The position numbers were made by a program, and so were the translations under genes. The notes beneath the pieces are model-generated. The model was not told the DNA's origin, searched no databases, and worked only from the letters and a program-made list of their open reading frames with translations. This document shows positions 25,504-39,410 of a stretch of 64,000 bases of DNA, one piece after another (positions within the stretch are counted from its first letter, which is position 1; each line of letters begins with the position of its first letter). Source of the stretch: Anthoceros angustus (Eukaryota; Plantae; Anthocerotophyta); contig VJWM01000103.1 in the NCBI GenBank assembly GCA_010909165.1, positions 434,001 through 498,000 on the forward strand. The letters are read 5' to 3'.

Positions 25504-27779
25504 TTAGGCGAGCAAAGCCTCGATCCGGATAGGAGATCCGTTGTTGGGTATCGGGAGTCCCGAGAAATCTCTGCCTGTGGCTGCTTCCGTGAGTGACCAA
25601 CTGTTGGTTGCAACAACACAGAGGAATGATCGGTCAGCGCTAAATTGTATAACCTGAATGATATGACGAGGCGACAAGACCAAGAACAGAAGCAGCAGCC
25701 GTAGCCGTAAACTACGTACAGTGGTTGCACTTGTGCTTACCTGTACTTGGTCATCCAGTGATGGAGAAACACCTTCACTTCCATCATAGCCAAATCTTTT
25801 CCCAGACAAATTCTAGGACCAGTCCCGAATGGCATGAACGTGTGGCGCTTTGCGGGCTCCTGTTTTGCAACCGTAAGGGTACATTCAGTTCAAGGTCATA
25901 ACATTTCCAACAAGCAGTTGAAGCTTTGGTTTTAAGCAACAGAAAAACTCCGGGATTGATGGAATTCAAAGGATTATTTTCAACTTACATCGAAACGAGA
26001 GGGTTTGAACTCTTCTGGCTCAGGGTATAGCTGAGGGTTGTGATGTAAGTCATGCACATCCAGCACAATGTTCCAGCCCTTGGGAATGTGGTATCCTGCA
26101 CAGCATGAGATCATCCTGGTTAACACGAGGACCACACTCTTCCACCAATTCAAGCTTGCTTTACTGTATACCAATGCAGCACGAAGCATGCAAGCTGCAA
26201 TCAGGGTTAGGAAAGTGTACCATTGAATGTGAAGTCCTGCTTCACAGAACGATGGTGCCAGAACGCCAAAGATGCCACCCTGAGAGACTCTCTTATTACC
26301 TGAAAGAGCATCACTGGGCTTGTCAATGGAAGTTCAAGTACTACAGAAATGGGTGATGTAGGGCGAAAAAGCGACAGGGACAGGGTCTCACTGTTGAAGT
26401 GTAAACAAAGTCGTTGTTGATCTCTTCCCATGTCAGTGGCTCCCCCTCTTGCTTTCTGCTCCTCACAGCCTGATGTTCAGCCTGCCAAACACAGACAGCA
26501 GATTATCGCACATTTACAGGCAAGCTTGAAAATTTGTTTTCTTCCATGGTTAAGAAGAAAAGCAGCGATGGTGGGGAAAATTTGCGTACAATGAGCCGCT
26601 GTTTGACATGAGGGTGCTCGTGAATGAACTTTGCAAGCCAAGTGATGGTGTTTGTGGATGTTTCGTGGCCAGCCAGGATCAAGTTGTGCAGCGTGTCTAC
26701 CAGCTGCAAGTCGCTCATTGCAGGCCTCCCGTCGGATTCCGGATCCACCGCCTCCATCATGACCTGCAGCAGGTCGCCCTTGACAACCTTGCCGTGCCTC
26801 CGCAGTGCAATTTCAGTGGTGAACATTTTGGAGAGCTCCTTCCTTGCCTGCATTGCCAGATTGCTCAATTTTTGTAACGAGAAGATGGAAGCAACTAGCT
26901 AAGCTTGTGAATCATGAGGGTCCCACACGACATTGAAATGACAGTCACCACAAATCTGAAGCAGAACTGGAGACAAGCACTCGTAACTGCGGTCCTACCC
27001 GCATCGCCTTGTTGAAGGCGAACCCAGGAAGATTGATGGGTGCCTTGAACAGATTGCTACTAACGACTCGGACAAGCTCCAAGCTGCGTTCACGGACTGG
27101 CCCAGGTCCCCAGCCCATCACCACGCCGGCGATCACATTGTACGTGAACTGGGCACAAACATCCAGCACGGCCACCGGTCAGACGAAAGTCGGCCGGTCG
27201 GAGGATTGAGCGACGAAGTGGTGGAACACAACGCACCTTCACGGTGTCCTCCTTGACGACGCGCACATCCCCGACCTTCCAAGCACTCAGCGCCTCCAAC
27301 ACAACCGATTCCACCACAGGCAGGTGCTTCTTGAGGCCCTCTCCCATGAACTTGTCGTTGAACAAACGGCGGTAGCGTTTGTGCTGCTCGCCCTGCATAT
27401 TGATGAGCGCGGCGTCGCCGATGAGAATCCTGGCGGGTGCGAACTGGTGCGCGTGCACCAGCTTGTCCTCGCTCCCGGCCAGCAGCCTGACGGCTTCAGG
27501 CCCCCTGAGGAACACGTAGGGGGTCCCGAACACATGCGACTTGAAGGTGTCGCCGTACTTGCGGTAGCGCTCTCCTGCGAAATCCTCCGCTGCGCCCTTC
27601 TTGAATGCGGCCAGCAGCTCCATGGACTCGCCCAGAAGCGGCAGCCCCAAGGAGCCCGGCAGCGCCTTGGCTCCCTTGGGCGCATGAATCCCCCCCCTCT
27701 CCCAGTACCGCCAAATTGCCCATGCCACCACCAGCATCAGCACTGCCACCGCCATCTCCAATGCCAGACTCACCTCCAT
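25504..27779 (-). CDS. Cytochrome P450, CYP85 clan, 8 exons
   Basis: N-terminal TM, LPGSLGLPLLGES, YGDTFKSHVFG, I-helix AGHETS, ExxR (RESLR), FKPSRF, heme motif FGTGPRICLG (exon 25859-25741). Confidence 0.93.
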
Positions 27780-28334
27780 TCTCTCTGCCTCTGCGCAGCT
27801 CACTCCTCTATTCCCGATGCAAGCAAAGTCGGTGTATGGTTCGCCGATTGAAGCTGTCGTCGGAAGTCACTCAAGAATGTGAACTCGGGTTGCAAATCGC
27901 GAATCTGAGACGCAGATGGCAAGTCTGTTGCGCTTGCAAGCATTGGTGCCTGGCCCTGCTGCCCCCACGGATGGATTTGTAGCTCCCAGATGCCTGGTGG
28001 TGCAACTGTAACAGCGGTGCTGGCAGTAGTTTCGCGGCTCTCGGACTTGCTCGGCCGCTGGCCAGCAGCTCGCTCATGAGACAGGTTTGTCTTCTTACTA
28101 CCGGTCAAACTGTCGGGTTCCAGCGTTCCGGCTGGGAAGAAAAAGTATACCGGAAACACCTAAGCTGTTTCGCTGCCCTTTCTTGCACCCCCCGGAGATT
28201 GTCAGACAGTGGCCTACCGGGCTTGCGTAGTTGGTTGCGGGCCCGTTTGCTCGGAGGCGTCCAAGTCTTCTGTTCCCCGTGGTCTTTCTGACACCGCCGG
28301 GCAGGTGTCGACGGTTGAGGTGCGATAGTACACC

Positions 28335-30040
28335 ATGGATTTAGTGGGTTTTTCGGCTGCAGGCCCAGTGACTTTTTCACATTCTAGCGAAAATCCACTT
28401 CTCTGTCGATTCCGGCGGAGGGAATGCTCATCCGAGGAGTGGGAGGGTATTTTAAAGGCTATAAAGGAGGACTTCGAGGCCGTAATACAAGGCCTTCAAT
28501 CTCGGCTTGAGGACTTTGGAGGCTGCCACCAAGGAAGGTCTTGGAAGAGGCCGATGTTCGTCTTACGGGAGAAATCAAAAGCACACATCGAGGCTTTAAA
28601 GGCTGATATTGTGTCCTTACAGTTATCTAATGGAGACTTGGCCCACGTGTTAGTGTTATGGGAGGAAGAGGCTTCCCAGCATGCAAGATATTCAAGCTCT
28701 TCAGGACTCTGTTGACGACTCTATGCTTAAATTAATTAAAAAATCCAATCAACACTACTTCAACTCCATCCACAACGATATCTCCAAGCAAGTTGGGCAG
28801 AAGCTTCGGCCACGTCCTTCTATGGAACCTGCCCAGACAAATGCTGCAATTACTTCCCCTGCTATTGTTAATGCAACTATTCAAGAGTCGCGTAACCGTG
28901 ATAAGCGATCAAGGAATCTCCGGATTACAAGTATTTCCAGTGACACGCCTGAGCCTGCTGTGAGGAATTTTCTAGCTCACACCATTAAAGTCAATGTCCA
29001 TTTTGAACATGCTTGGAGAGTTGGTATGGACCACTCTCGTCCTCTGACTTTCATTGTTCGCTTCCACTCCCTTGAGGACAGGCTGTAGGTATTGCGGCAA
29101 CGTACTTCGTTGAAAGGCTTGGAGGTTTCCGTCAACCCAACCTCACCCCCACCCAATGGGCCCACAAGAAGGATCAGTTGCTGGTATGCAAGCCGGCAAA
29201 ATCGGAAGGACGAGTGCCGTATTTCATTGATGACAAGCTGATTATCTGGGACAACGTGCAAGTCCGGCCTCCTCCATAGGAAAGCGAGGCCCGTAATGTT
29301 GTTGTGGACCTCCGCCTAGCCTCTGGAATTGCAATGGTTGTATTTTCTCTTAACCTGGTGGAATTCTTCAGCTCCTTACGAGCCATGACATCGTGTTCTT
29401 GGTGGAAACCCATGAGCACCACACCCACTCTATGCCTTCTTTTCCAGGTTTTCAATGTCTTTCCTCTTTCCGATATCATGTCTCCAGTAACTCGGACAAG
29501 GCCTTTGTAGGTATCACCTACTATTTCCGTGAGTTCCTAGCTGCCTTTATCTCTCTGGTTAGGATTGATGTGCAAAGCACTGTTCTATGGGTCAAGATTT
29601 CCGCCTCCCTTCTGCTTCAGTGCGTGACCTTTATGTGGGTGTTTGTTATTTTCCTCCCCGATCCTCCAGATATGCTGCAAATGGTGTCTACCCACATGTC
29701 AACTTCTCCGAATCTGTGTCTGAGTTTTCTTCTATTGCCGACATTTTCCTTGTTGGCGATTTCAACGCCTGGACTCGTTGCCAGCAGGCTTCTATTTATG
29801 ATTGTATGGACTTTGACAAATTATTCATGTTGGATGCATAGGATCTCGGGCTCTACAGGTTTTCTGACAACACCCATGATGTCAACGCCTATGGCTCTGC
29901 CTTATTGCAGCTTGCTGAGGCTCACAATCTCATCATCTTCAACGGTCCATCATGCTGGCCGGACAATTGCATAAATTCTTTCTTTTGCGGCGATGGTCAT
30001 ACTTCTGGCAGGCTGGATTATATTATTGCAGATGCTCAAC
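28335..30040 (+). mobile_element. 3'-truncated LINE: ORF1 and APE endonuclease, degenerate
   Basis: ORF1 RDKRSRNLRI..AWRVG..IVRFHSLEDR; APE motifs SWNCNG, IVFLVETH, CYFPP, LVGDFNA, NLIIFNG, LDYII. Confidence 0.85.
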
Positions 30041-32458
30041 TTCGGGACACACCAAACCACAGTCTCTCGGAGCGTTTATGTCCGCGAGCACCTTGATTTA
30101 AATGCTCCAGGAGGCAGCGGGAGCATCATTGGCTCCTTTCCCAACCTCGACGACCCGATTCGCAATGTGGAGGAGGACATGGTTGAACTTGAGCTTCCCG
30201 AGCTTCCGCCCGTGCACCAAGCTGCTCAAGCCCCTCAGGCAGTGCAGCCTCCACTGCCACAACCTGCCACTCAAGCTGGTCCATTGCCCCCTCCGGCCGT
30301 CGATGCTGGCCAAGCTCCAAATCCCCAGCTGCAGCTCCACCAAGAGTAAATCCTGCCCCTGCCAAAGAAAATCCACCAGCTGCAGCAGTCATTCCGGAGA
30401 GACGCCAATCTACAAGAGCTCGCCGGCGTCCTGCTTATCTCGATGACTACCATGTCCCAGGCCCTGCTTCACAACAGCCCGCCATCGCAGATGTAGCTCC
30501 TGCTATTCCCGACTTGACGATCTGCCTGCAGAGACAAGTGCTAAAACCGATACTCCTGACAACCTCATGGCAAGAGCGATGTTAGTTGCAACTCACGTGC
30601 TTGAGCTAGAAAGCTTGGAAGAAGCACTCAGATCACCAGACAAGGAAGGATGGATGAAGGCAATTCAACAGGAATATGATTCTCTCATCGAACTGAAGAC
30701 ATGGGTCCTCACCCCACTCCCTCTTGGTCGCAAGGCTATCAAATACAAATGGACATTCAAACGAAAGCTGAAGTCCAACGGAACTACAGAAAGGCTGAAG
30801 GCAAGGCTTGTGGCTAAAGGCTACAGTCAAAGGCCTAGGCTTGACTACAGAGACAATATCTACGCACCCGTGGTGAGTGCCCAATCAGTTAGGTTCCTCC
30901 TGGCACTCGCTGCCGAGTATGATCTTGACGTACACTAGCTTGATATCTCTGCAGCATTTCTTTATGCTACGCTGAAGGAGACAATCTACATGGAGCAGCC
31001 ACCCATGTATGAAGATGCAAAAAGGCCTTCCTAGGTATGCAAGCTGCTGAAGGGCTTATACGGCCTCAAGCAATCACCAGCAGAATTCTATGAGCTGACT
31101 GACACCCTTCTTCTCGACAATGGCTTCGTCAAAACTCTTGCTGATCAGAATTTATGCCTTCTACGAAAGGGAGAGCAATTCCTCGTGCTTGCCCTATATG
31201 TTGACGATTGCATCCTGTTCACAAATGATCCAAAGAAGATGCTTGTAGATGTAAAGAAAATGCTTGCTGCTAGGTTCAAGATGAGAGACCTAGGACCCTT
31301 GGAGTAGTACTGTCTCAGAGTGCAAATCCGTCTAGATAGAGAGGCAGGTACGCTGACCCTCCTCCAATCCAAATATGTTCTTGAGATTCTGGACAAGTTC
31401 AAGCTCTCGGACGCACGGCCTGCACCGACACCTCTTCTAGCCAGAGTTAAGCTCACCTCAGCCGAGTCCCACAACCAAAGTTAAAAATAAAGGAGGACAT
31501 GGCTAAGGTGCCATACCTTAGCGCTGTAGGCAGCCTTATTTACCTCCATGGCTGGACACGCTATGATATCTCCTATGCTGCATCTAGTGTCGCACAGTTC
31601 ATGTCTAACCGTGGCAGGGCACATTGGATGTGCGTGAAGAGAATCTACCCTTATCTTAAGGGTACGACTCACCTCGGAATCACCAAGAAGAGGTCAAGTG
31701 ATGGAGTGCTTAATTTTGAGGGCTGGTCCGATGCCGACTGGGCATCCGATCCTGATGCTCGACGAAGTGTCGCAGCTTATGTCTTCACCTTGGGAGGATC
31801 AGCCGTGTCGTGGTCAAGCAAGAAGCTCGCCACAATCTCCACATCAAGTGCTGAAAGCGAATATGGTGCCTTACCCAATTGGGGCTGGCAAAGAAATTGT
31901 GCACTGCAGGCAGATTCTCGAAGACCTTGGCTTACTCACAAGCTAACCCCATTGTTCTACACTGTGACAACACTGCAGCCATTGCTTTGACCAAGGGTGA
32001 TAGGTTCCATGCTAGGACTAAGCATATAGAAGTCACTTACCACTTCATTAGGCAGCTAGCAGCTAGGGATAGCTAGCTAGGGATACTGTCAAGCTCCTAT
32101 ACGTCCCTACATAGTCCAATCTAGCTGACCTCCTCACGAAGTCATTAGGCAAGGCCAGGCATGAAACACTCACCTCAGCTCTAGGCCTCATGAACACAAG
32201 GACACTTACATATCCCTCATCAAGTACAAGCACGGATGCTAGAGCTGAGCGGGAGTAATGAAGTGACAGTCCAAGGCCTCAGCTGAACCGTCACCAACAG
32301 CTCTACATCCTAAAGACATCAACCATTCTCATGAGCCGTTGCACCTCTTCATCCAGCACCCTGCAGAGACAGCACAACAAGAACACTCAGCCTGTAATGA
32401 CCTTTTTTAATTCTTCTAGCAATACGATTAAGCGTCTTACCTCAAATCTTTCCAAACA
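30041..32458 (+). mobile_element. 5'-truncated Copia: INT tail, RT, RNase H, PPT and 3' LTR (32256-32458)
   Basis: VSRSVYVRE, KWTFKRK..LKARLVAKGYSQ, LYGLKQS, LYVDD, SDADWA, FHARTKHIE; PPT GAGCGGGAG 32247-32255. Confidence 0.9.
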
Positions 32459-33604
32459 GCACACCCGGATGACGGCCGGGCGGACCAGGGCATCCTGCTT
32501 TGCATTGTCGTCACTTCACAAGTCTTGGGGGACCTTGAACGGATCCGCAATGTTGCAAGGGCCCGGGGATTCCAGAGTGCTGTCAGTCATTTCAACACAA
32601 TTGCTGCTCGCAATTGCGCATGGGTTTTAACTGAAGGGAGCGTGCCAGTGCCGTGACCTCGAGAAACTTTGGTCTGATCAGGGCGCCAGTCTCCAGGGAT
32701 CTAAAAAGATGCTGACAACGATCTGGGCGGTGTTGTAGAATCACGGTGCGGATGAAATCTGATTTGCAAATGCTACAAACGACTCGACTTCAGGTATGTG
32801 TATACATGTATAAGATTTTCCACAGAAAGGCAGGAGGGTACATTGTTAGAGATCGAGAGTGGATCATGCCAGGTAGAGGTCCCTCTATACAGATTCAACC
32901 TTTGATTTGTACAGCTTGCAAGGCGAGTGCGCCCCCGCGGTATTGATAGATACCATAGCTGGTCGCCAAATGTCTCGAGGCGACTTCAATGACTCCTGCT
33001 TGTCAAGTGCTAGTCGCTGGACGTTAGCTGACAGTGTGAAATACCAGTGCATTGGGAATCTGGTACATGCTGTATGATGCAAAGTGTATATGCCCGCTTA
33101 TTTAGAGGATGCACACTGAGTGTTTCACGGATTTGGTCGAACATGAGTTGTGACATTTACATTGCAAGGTATTCCCAGCACGGGGTGGGGCAGGAGGCAC
33201 GAATAACGCAAAAGCGCCGACAATGCACTGGCGATGCCATGGCGACGTCGAAGGATGTGGATAAGAACGTGTCGGTCGCTCAGTGGCCGAGCTTGCCTAC
33301 AGGTGTCGAAATTGAGCAGCTGCGCAGTTGACACTGCATCCTTCGGTTAATGGCGGTTGCAGCAGTGATGAGTCACTCCTGACCTCCTGGCGCAGACAGA
33401 GGCTGCCACGTAACACTAGCTGCCACGTCGTTTAAAATCGAGTACAAATATGTACATAGCTCTTCTGCTCCTCCTCAATCGTCACTGTTTCCTTGCTCTG
33501 GACGTCAAGGTAGCTTTATTGCAAGCATTTCACGTCAGCTTTACGTTCCAAATCCAGATCAACTTCACTTCACAACGTCGGCTTAATTGCACTAGCAGTT
33601 CACA

Positions 33605-34139
33605 ATGGCCGAACAGTACCAGCAGCCCAAAGGACACTGCTGCTCGCAAGACTGACGAAACAGCGCAGTTTGGACAGGAGAAGACAGGCCAAGCTCAGGA
33701 GCACGCCAAGGTATGTTTCCTGCCCGATCGGTGATTTTGATCGGTTCCTCATGGGCCCAGAGGGACTGCCTACTCATCAATTGCTGTGAATTGATGTCAG
33801 GGTATTGGACAGGCTGTTCAAGACAAGGCACACCAGGCTGGTGATATGGGCCACGAACGGATGGGCCAGATGAAGCAGGGGGCTTCTGATGCCACCGGAG
33901 ATGCTCAGCAGAAGGCTGTGGATGCCAAGAACAACACTGGCAACATGCTGCAGCAGGTCACGACCGCTGCCCACCAATTTGTGCCTTCCTAGAAATCTTG
34001 AAACTTCTAAAGGCAGGTCCTGGTACCGCTGTTGATATCGTGAATGTTTGACATTCACCTGTAGGCTGGAGACAAGACCAAGGAGGTAGCGGGGGGAGCA
34101 ATGGACAAGGTGAAGGGAGTTTTCTCTCCTGACAACTGA
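33605..34139 (+). pseudogene. LEA copy 3 with +1 frameshift near codon 8
   Basis: CAGCCCAAAGGAC versus CAGACCAAGGAC in paralogs; introns otherwise intact; may be a sequencing error. Confidence 0.65.
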
Positions 34140-34719
34140 ACTTCAGGCGTGGCATGCACGTCATAGAGGTTATCTGTAGAGCTACAACTCTTCAAGGGGC
34201 GATTAGTTTCTAGCTCCATTGCCTCAGTGTTGGTCCAGGGCGTGTGGTTGAGTCTCATCTCCGAAGCTGTTTAATCAAGTTCTAGGGGTTGTTTGTGAAG
34301 TGGAATTGATTGTGAAAAGAGGGAACGTTCCCGGTGCCACAGTCCAGTGAGATGACGGGACAATGTGACACAAAATTTGCTGGGATCGTAGGGAATCAAC
34401 ATTGCATGTCGTTAGATAGGCACTACACTTGCTAGTTGAATGACTGCGAGAAGTCACAACAGATTCCAGCCTTCTGTTTCAGATTCCAGAAAATTACCGT
34501 AAGTGGCAATTCAAGCCTCGAGGAGTGAGCATCCGCAGCAGTGCAGTGGGAAAGATGTGAAAACATGGAACATATCTTTAAAGAGGGTATCATGCACAAT
34601 ATTGCATTCTACCAACACATCTCATCACTCACTAATGCCAAGCTGACTTTAATTTGAGGCACTAATCATTTACAAAAATTGGAGGACAAAATCTACACTT
34701 CTAGCCAGCTGGCCTCCGC

Positions 34720-35080
34720 TTAGGCGAGCAAAGCTTCGATCCGGATAAGAGATCCATTGCTGGGGATCGGGAGTCCCGAGAAATTTCTGCCTGTGGCTGC
34801 TTCCGTGAGTGACCAACTGTTGGTTGCAACAACACAAAGGAATGATCGGTCAGCGCTGAATTTTATAACCAAAATAATATGACCAGACGAAAAGAACAAG
34901 AACAGAAGCAGTAGCAGTAACCGTAAATTACGTACAGTGGTTGCCCTTGTGCTTACCTGTACTTGGTCATTCAACTTACAAGGAAACGAGAGGGCTTGAA
35001 CTTTTCTGGCTCAATTTTATATGTACGTCATGCACATCCAGCACAATGTTCCAGCCCTTGGGAATGTGGTATCCTGCACT
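34720..35080 (-). pseudogene. P450 3' fragment lacking the heme-binding motif
   Basis: GYHIPKGWNIVLDVHD and last exon retained; segment equivalent to ~25762-25978 deleted. Confidence 0.88.
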
Positions 35081-36150
35081 TACCTTGCAGGCTGCAGAGC
35101 AGAAATAGGTTTTCACGTTCATGATAAAAGACAACACCGAGCAACCTGTGCCCTGCAGCATCCGTTTAAGAAGGATGGCACCGTAGCGTGCTTTGGATTC
35201 CAGAACAAATTGCAAAATGGGCAAATTGTAGAAAATAATGTTAAATGAAAAAATCAATGATGCTTGAAAGGCTGTGGCAAGCATTGCGGGCTTCGTGGAG
35301 ACGCAATTGCCATGAGGGAAAAGTTTCGTCCACAGAGCAACCACCGCTTGCCGTTCCAAGTGTTCCTGTAGGATTACAAGAGCATGCCTTACAACTTTGC
35401 AGGTACAATGCGATCGGACGATTTGAGGGCAACCAGTGGAGATACCATATGCACTGACAATGTACAGACATTACGGGATGTGTCCCTTTAGCAGGATGAT
35501 GTGTACCTGTGTCCATCTCTACTACTGGATGTATGTCCTGCCCATGTCTGGAGACCTAAACGGCAATTGATCCTAGCCACAGCAGGTCTGTTGTATGGAC
35601 GTGGGCGACTGGACGTCATGTGTGTGCACAGCTTTGTCAGGTGCGAGCTCACGGGCAAAACTGCTCGTTTGCAGACGTTCGCAGGACCAGCTTGCTCATG
35701 CAGAACTTTGCAAGGCGGAGTGTTCTTTTCCAAGGCTTTTGTCTCCAAGTCTGTGCAAGCTGCAGAGGTCAGGAGAGTGGCAGGGCTTGCCAGGCAGCGA
35801 AATGAGGTTTTGGTGCAAGCCACGGTTGGCCTATTTGGAGAGCTCAGCCAGCAGCCTTCAAGCAGTCGTGAGTCACATGGCATATCCATGCCAGCCTTTG
35901 CAACAGTTCTGATGCCTTGATGCAAAGAGAAGCTCTACTTTCCAGCTCGGGTGTTGCAACCGCACCTTTGCCTCGGCTTTGGCACATGAATCCATGTATG
36001 CGAGGTAGCTTTCATGGACAGTCTGACAATCTGATCAAGACAGTCTGATCATGAGCTCACTTGCCAAGTTGCAGCAAACAGCTTGATCCTGAGGCTCGCT
36101 AGCTCCTCTCTTCTAGACTGTGCTCGAGGCACTATAAAGTTCCATCCATC

Positions 36151-38426
36151 GTGGTCTCCATTGTCAATCGATTCATGATGGTCATTGCTAGCGCGCTCTC
36201 AGTCACAACCGGAATGGAGGTTTCAGAAAGGCAGTGGACGCACATGCACGAAGCCCTACATCCAATCAGCGGCACCTTCCACCTCAACGGAATTCAAGAC
36301 GATTCAGTTCGTCGTTTCTTGCGACACCTCGGCAACTGCAACATGATTGTGGCACCTTCAGGCACAGGAATCTTGCATCTCTCGGAAGTTTACATTCCTT
36401 CAAATTCAGGCCGCAGCCAGGGCCGGCCTGATCCATGGCCAGCTCAGCTGGTATCGGAGCTGTATGACAACGCCATCCATTTGGGTGATGAGCGAAGAGT
36501 GGTTACACCGGTGGAGGACAACAGACAGAAGGCTTCGGCTCCCAGGCGCATGCCTCCCCAGGCTTTCCATGGTTTTCCTTCACTTCCTCCCTCTAACAGC
36601 TTCCTGCAGGCCCAGGCTTCAGAGATGTACCCTGCTCATGTCTTCCCGCCGCCGGGCCCGTTGCCAGCATGGGAAATCTGTTCAACTTCTCACATTTTGG
36701 ATGGCAGCAGTCACGGCACAATTTCCAATGCACCAACCATGGACGGAGCACCTGGTGTGGAGCAATTCTTTGAATCAGACAGTACGATAACCAGTCCTAG
36801 TGCATTTGCCATTGAAGATGGACTGAAGAATGCGTTTGAGATGCCGGACTGTTTTACAAGCTTTGACGCATTCGACCTTGAAATCCTGGGATCCTGGCCG
36901 CAAGTTGGCAAAAGTATTGGTGCAGGGCACACTGACCTGCCGGGGACTGGAATCGGCTCTCCAATTGCGACCACATGCGAATCTGGGTGTGCTAGTCCAG
37001 CAACAGCAATTACTCCTGCTGCTTCAAATTCTGGCCCGGCATCTATTTCGCAGTACACGCCGACAAATCAGGCAGAGAATGTCAGCGCCCACTGCCTGCC
37101 TAAACCACCGATACCACCCGAGGGACGCCCACCTGCGAGTCCTCCGGATCTGCGTGACCGTTTGTCTAAGTCTTCTGGGGAGTCCCAGCCCAAGCAACTT
37201 CAGGTCCTGACGGCGTCGGATTCCACCACTTGTTTTCCTTTCACCTCAGATGGCAGACCGGCACCCGGAATCAGCTTGCAACCACCACCAAGCCAACAGT
37301 CCGATTCGAAGCTGAAGAGCCTCATGCCACAGCCGCGCCCGGACCACAAATTGCAGAAGCCTGTAGGCCCACAAAAGAGCGGCGGCTTGGTGCAGCTTTT
37401 GGAGCTTGGTGCAGACACCCGGTGTGCCCATATGCATGTGGACAAATTGAAACAAGCGGAAGATCATGTGGCCAGAGAGCGACGACGGAGGGACCTCATG
37501 AACACCAGGTTTCAGACTCTCGATACTCTCATTCCACAAACTGAAATATGCAGAGTAAGTGCACATCCAGGACTGTTCACTTTCGGCCAACTGGCCTTGG
37601 ATTTCAGATTGCTGACTGAATTCGCTGACCTGCTGGTTCGCCCATGGATCGATCAGAAGCGTGAACGGTTGGGAATAGTAGAAGAAGCCATGTCCCACGT
37701 AAAACACATGCAACAGAAGGTGCTTGATCTCGGAAGGAAAAAGCAAAGATTGCACACCGAGGAGCTGGAGCTGAAGATTCGCCGCAGTACTCCAGGTCTG
37801 GACCATATCTTCGGCCCCAGAAGTCTGAGGTATGGTCGTGACGCTTATCTAAACTGTTCCTTTGTTTGATGGATTGTGTTGTCACATGTTTGGCAGTGAC
37901 GGCACCTGAGACGTCACCGGCCCAGAAAGCACCGACTTCGAGCAGAAGCACGAACATGATCCAAGGAAGAGACAAGTCCGGGGATCTGAAAGTGGAGATC
38001 TTGGCCGACGACGCGGACGACAAGCAAGATCTTATGGTGTTCATACGGTGCAAGTCCACCTGCACCGGCACCCTGTTGGGTCGGCTTCTGCGGTGCTTGC
38101 AAACGCTCCAATTGGAAGTTTCCCGCTGTTCCGTCACAGCACATGACTCTGCTCATTTGTTTTGCTGCAACTTTGTATGCACATTTGACTCATTCCAGGT
38201 GACGGATATAACACTGGGCCCCGTGAACTGCTCAAGATCTCGTTTTAAGAGCCTTTGTATCGTGCCATTGAAATCAATGACCTTGCAGTTTCGTGTGCAG
38301 CTGTCAGCGAAAGACATCCCAAGCAGCTCCATGCCTGCCCTTGCAATGTTAGCACCCACAATTATCGACCGAATGGTTTCCGCCTTGCGACCGTTTTTGG
38401 AGCCCACTTCCAAATCAAATAGGTAA
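36151..38426 (+). CDS. bHLH transcription factor with C-terminal ACT-like domain (start uncertain, upstream exons ~35260-35870 possible)
   Basis: HVARERRRRDLMNTRFQTLDTLIP..(intron 37555-37656)..KRERLGIVEEAMSHVKHMQQKV; ACT-like IRCK..LLGRLLRCLQTLQLEV..SV. Confidence 0.85.
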
Positions 38427-38434
38427 TCAAATAG

Positions 38435-38569
38435 CTAGTGGAGTAATGTAGCCTACTAGGTTAAGGGTTATAGAATCCACTAGTGGGATAATGTAGTCTA
38501 CTAGGTCACGGGTTATAGAATCTACTAGTGGAGTAATGTACCCTGCTAGGTTACAAGTTATAGAATCCA
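38435..38569. repeat. 3 x 45 bp tandem repeat
   Basis: CTAGTGGAGTAATGTAG..GTTATAGAATCCA. Confidence 0.9.
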
Positions 38570-39410
38570 TATGCTGTTACAATTCACATTATGAACATTA
38601 TTAAATATCAACAGTAGTAGAGGTTCTCAATGTTTAAGTAAAGATATTGCTTACATGTTTCTATGGTTGACCAATGCTTTTATGAATAGTCTCCTCTTCA
38701 CTTAAAATCTCATTTTCCTATTTATAAATAGGTTATGTGGAACTCAACCTTTTTCACCTTTATACTCATCCTTGTTGAGTTTTTTCTTGAATAATAAACT
38801 GTAAAGGTAAAAGCTCTCCATTTGCTGCAAATGATCAATAGCTATAATTTTCTTTTGTCATCCATTCTTGCACCTTAACATCTTTGGCTCTTTTTTTTTC
38901 CCAAGCATGTCCGGTCATAGGCACTAAATGTGTACCTATTTGGTAAGAATTGGATTGACCGATAATGCTTCCAGAATTGTGTGAGCCTTCAATAGATAAG
39001 CAATTCAGCACACCATAGTAGTACCAAGAGTCTCCCAACGCGAAGGTAACTTGGAAGCTGCAATTGTTGCAATGGGAAATGACCGAACAAGCTTTTTTGT
39101 CATGAACGCTCTTACCCATTGCAAACTAACCTTGAACCCACCATGTTTATTTGATCTTGTCACTAACTATAAAGTGTGAGATGTTGACTACAAAGCATGA
39201 TATCTTCTTTCAGTTCAATTTAGTCAATAGACCATGAGGCTCTTGCCTCAAAAATACCGAGGATGATTGGCTGGACAGAAGGTCCACATAATTGGAACCC
39301 TACTGAGTCGGACCTCATGGTCAACAAGACATCACAAATCTCTCTTTTCAGTTCTGAATAGCCTTCCAAAATAACTAGTAAGTAGTGAAGATCTGCTACA
39401 ATCGCTATTT

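Larger units (their letters stand above)
33205..35080 (+). repeat. Segmental duplicate of ~24020-26100 (LEA + P450 3' end)
   Basis: Collinear high identity across promoter, LEA, intergenic region and P450 last exons. Confidence 0.92.
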
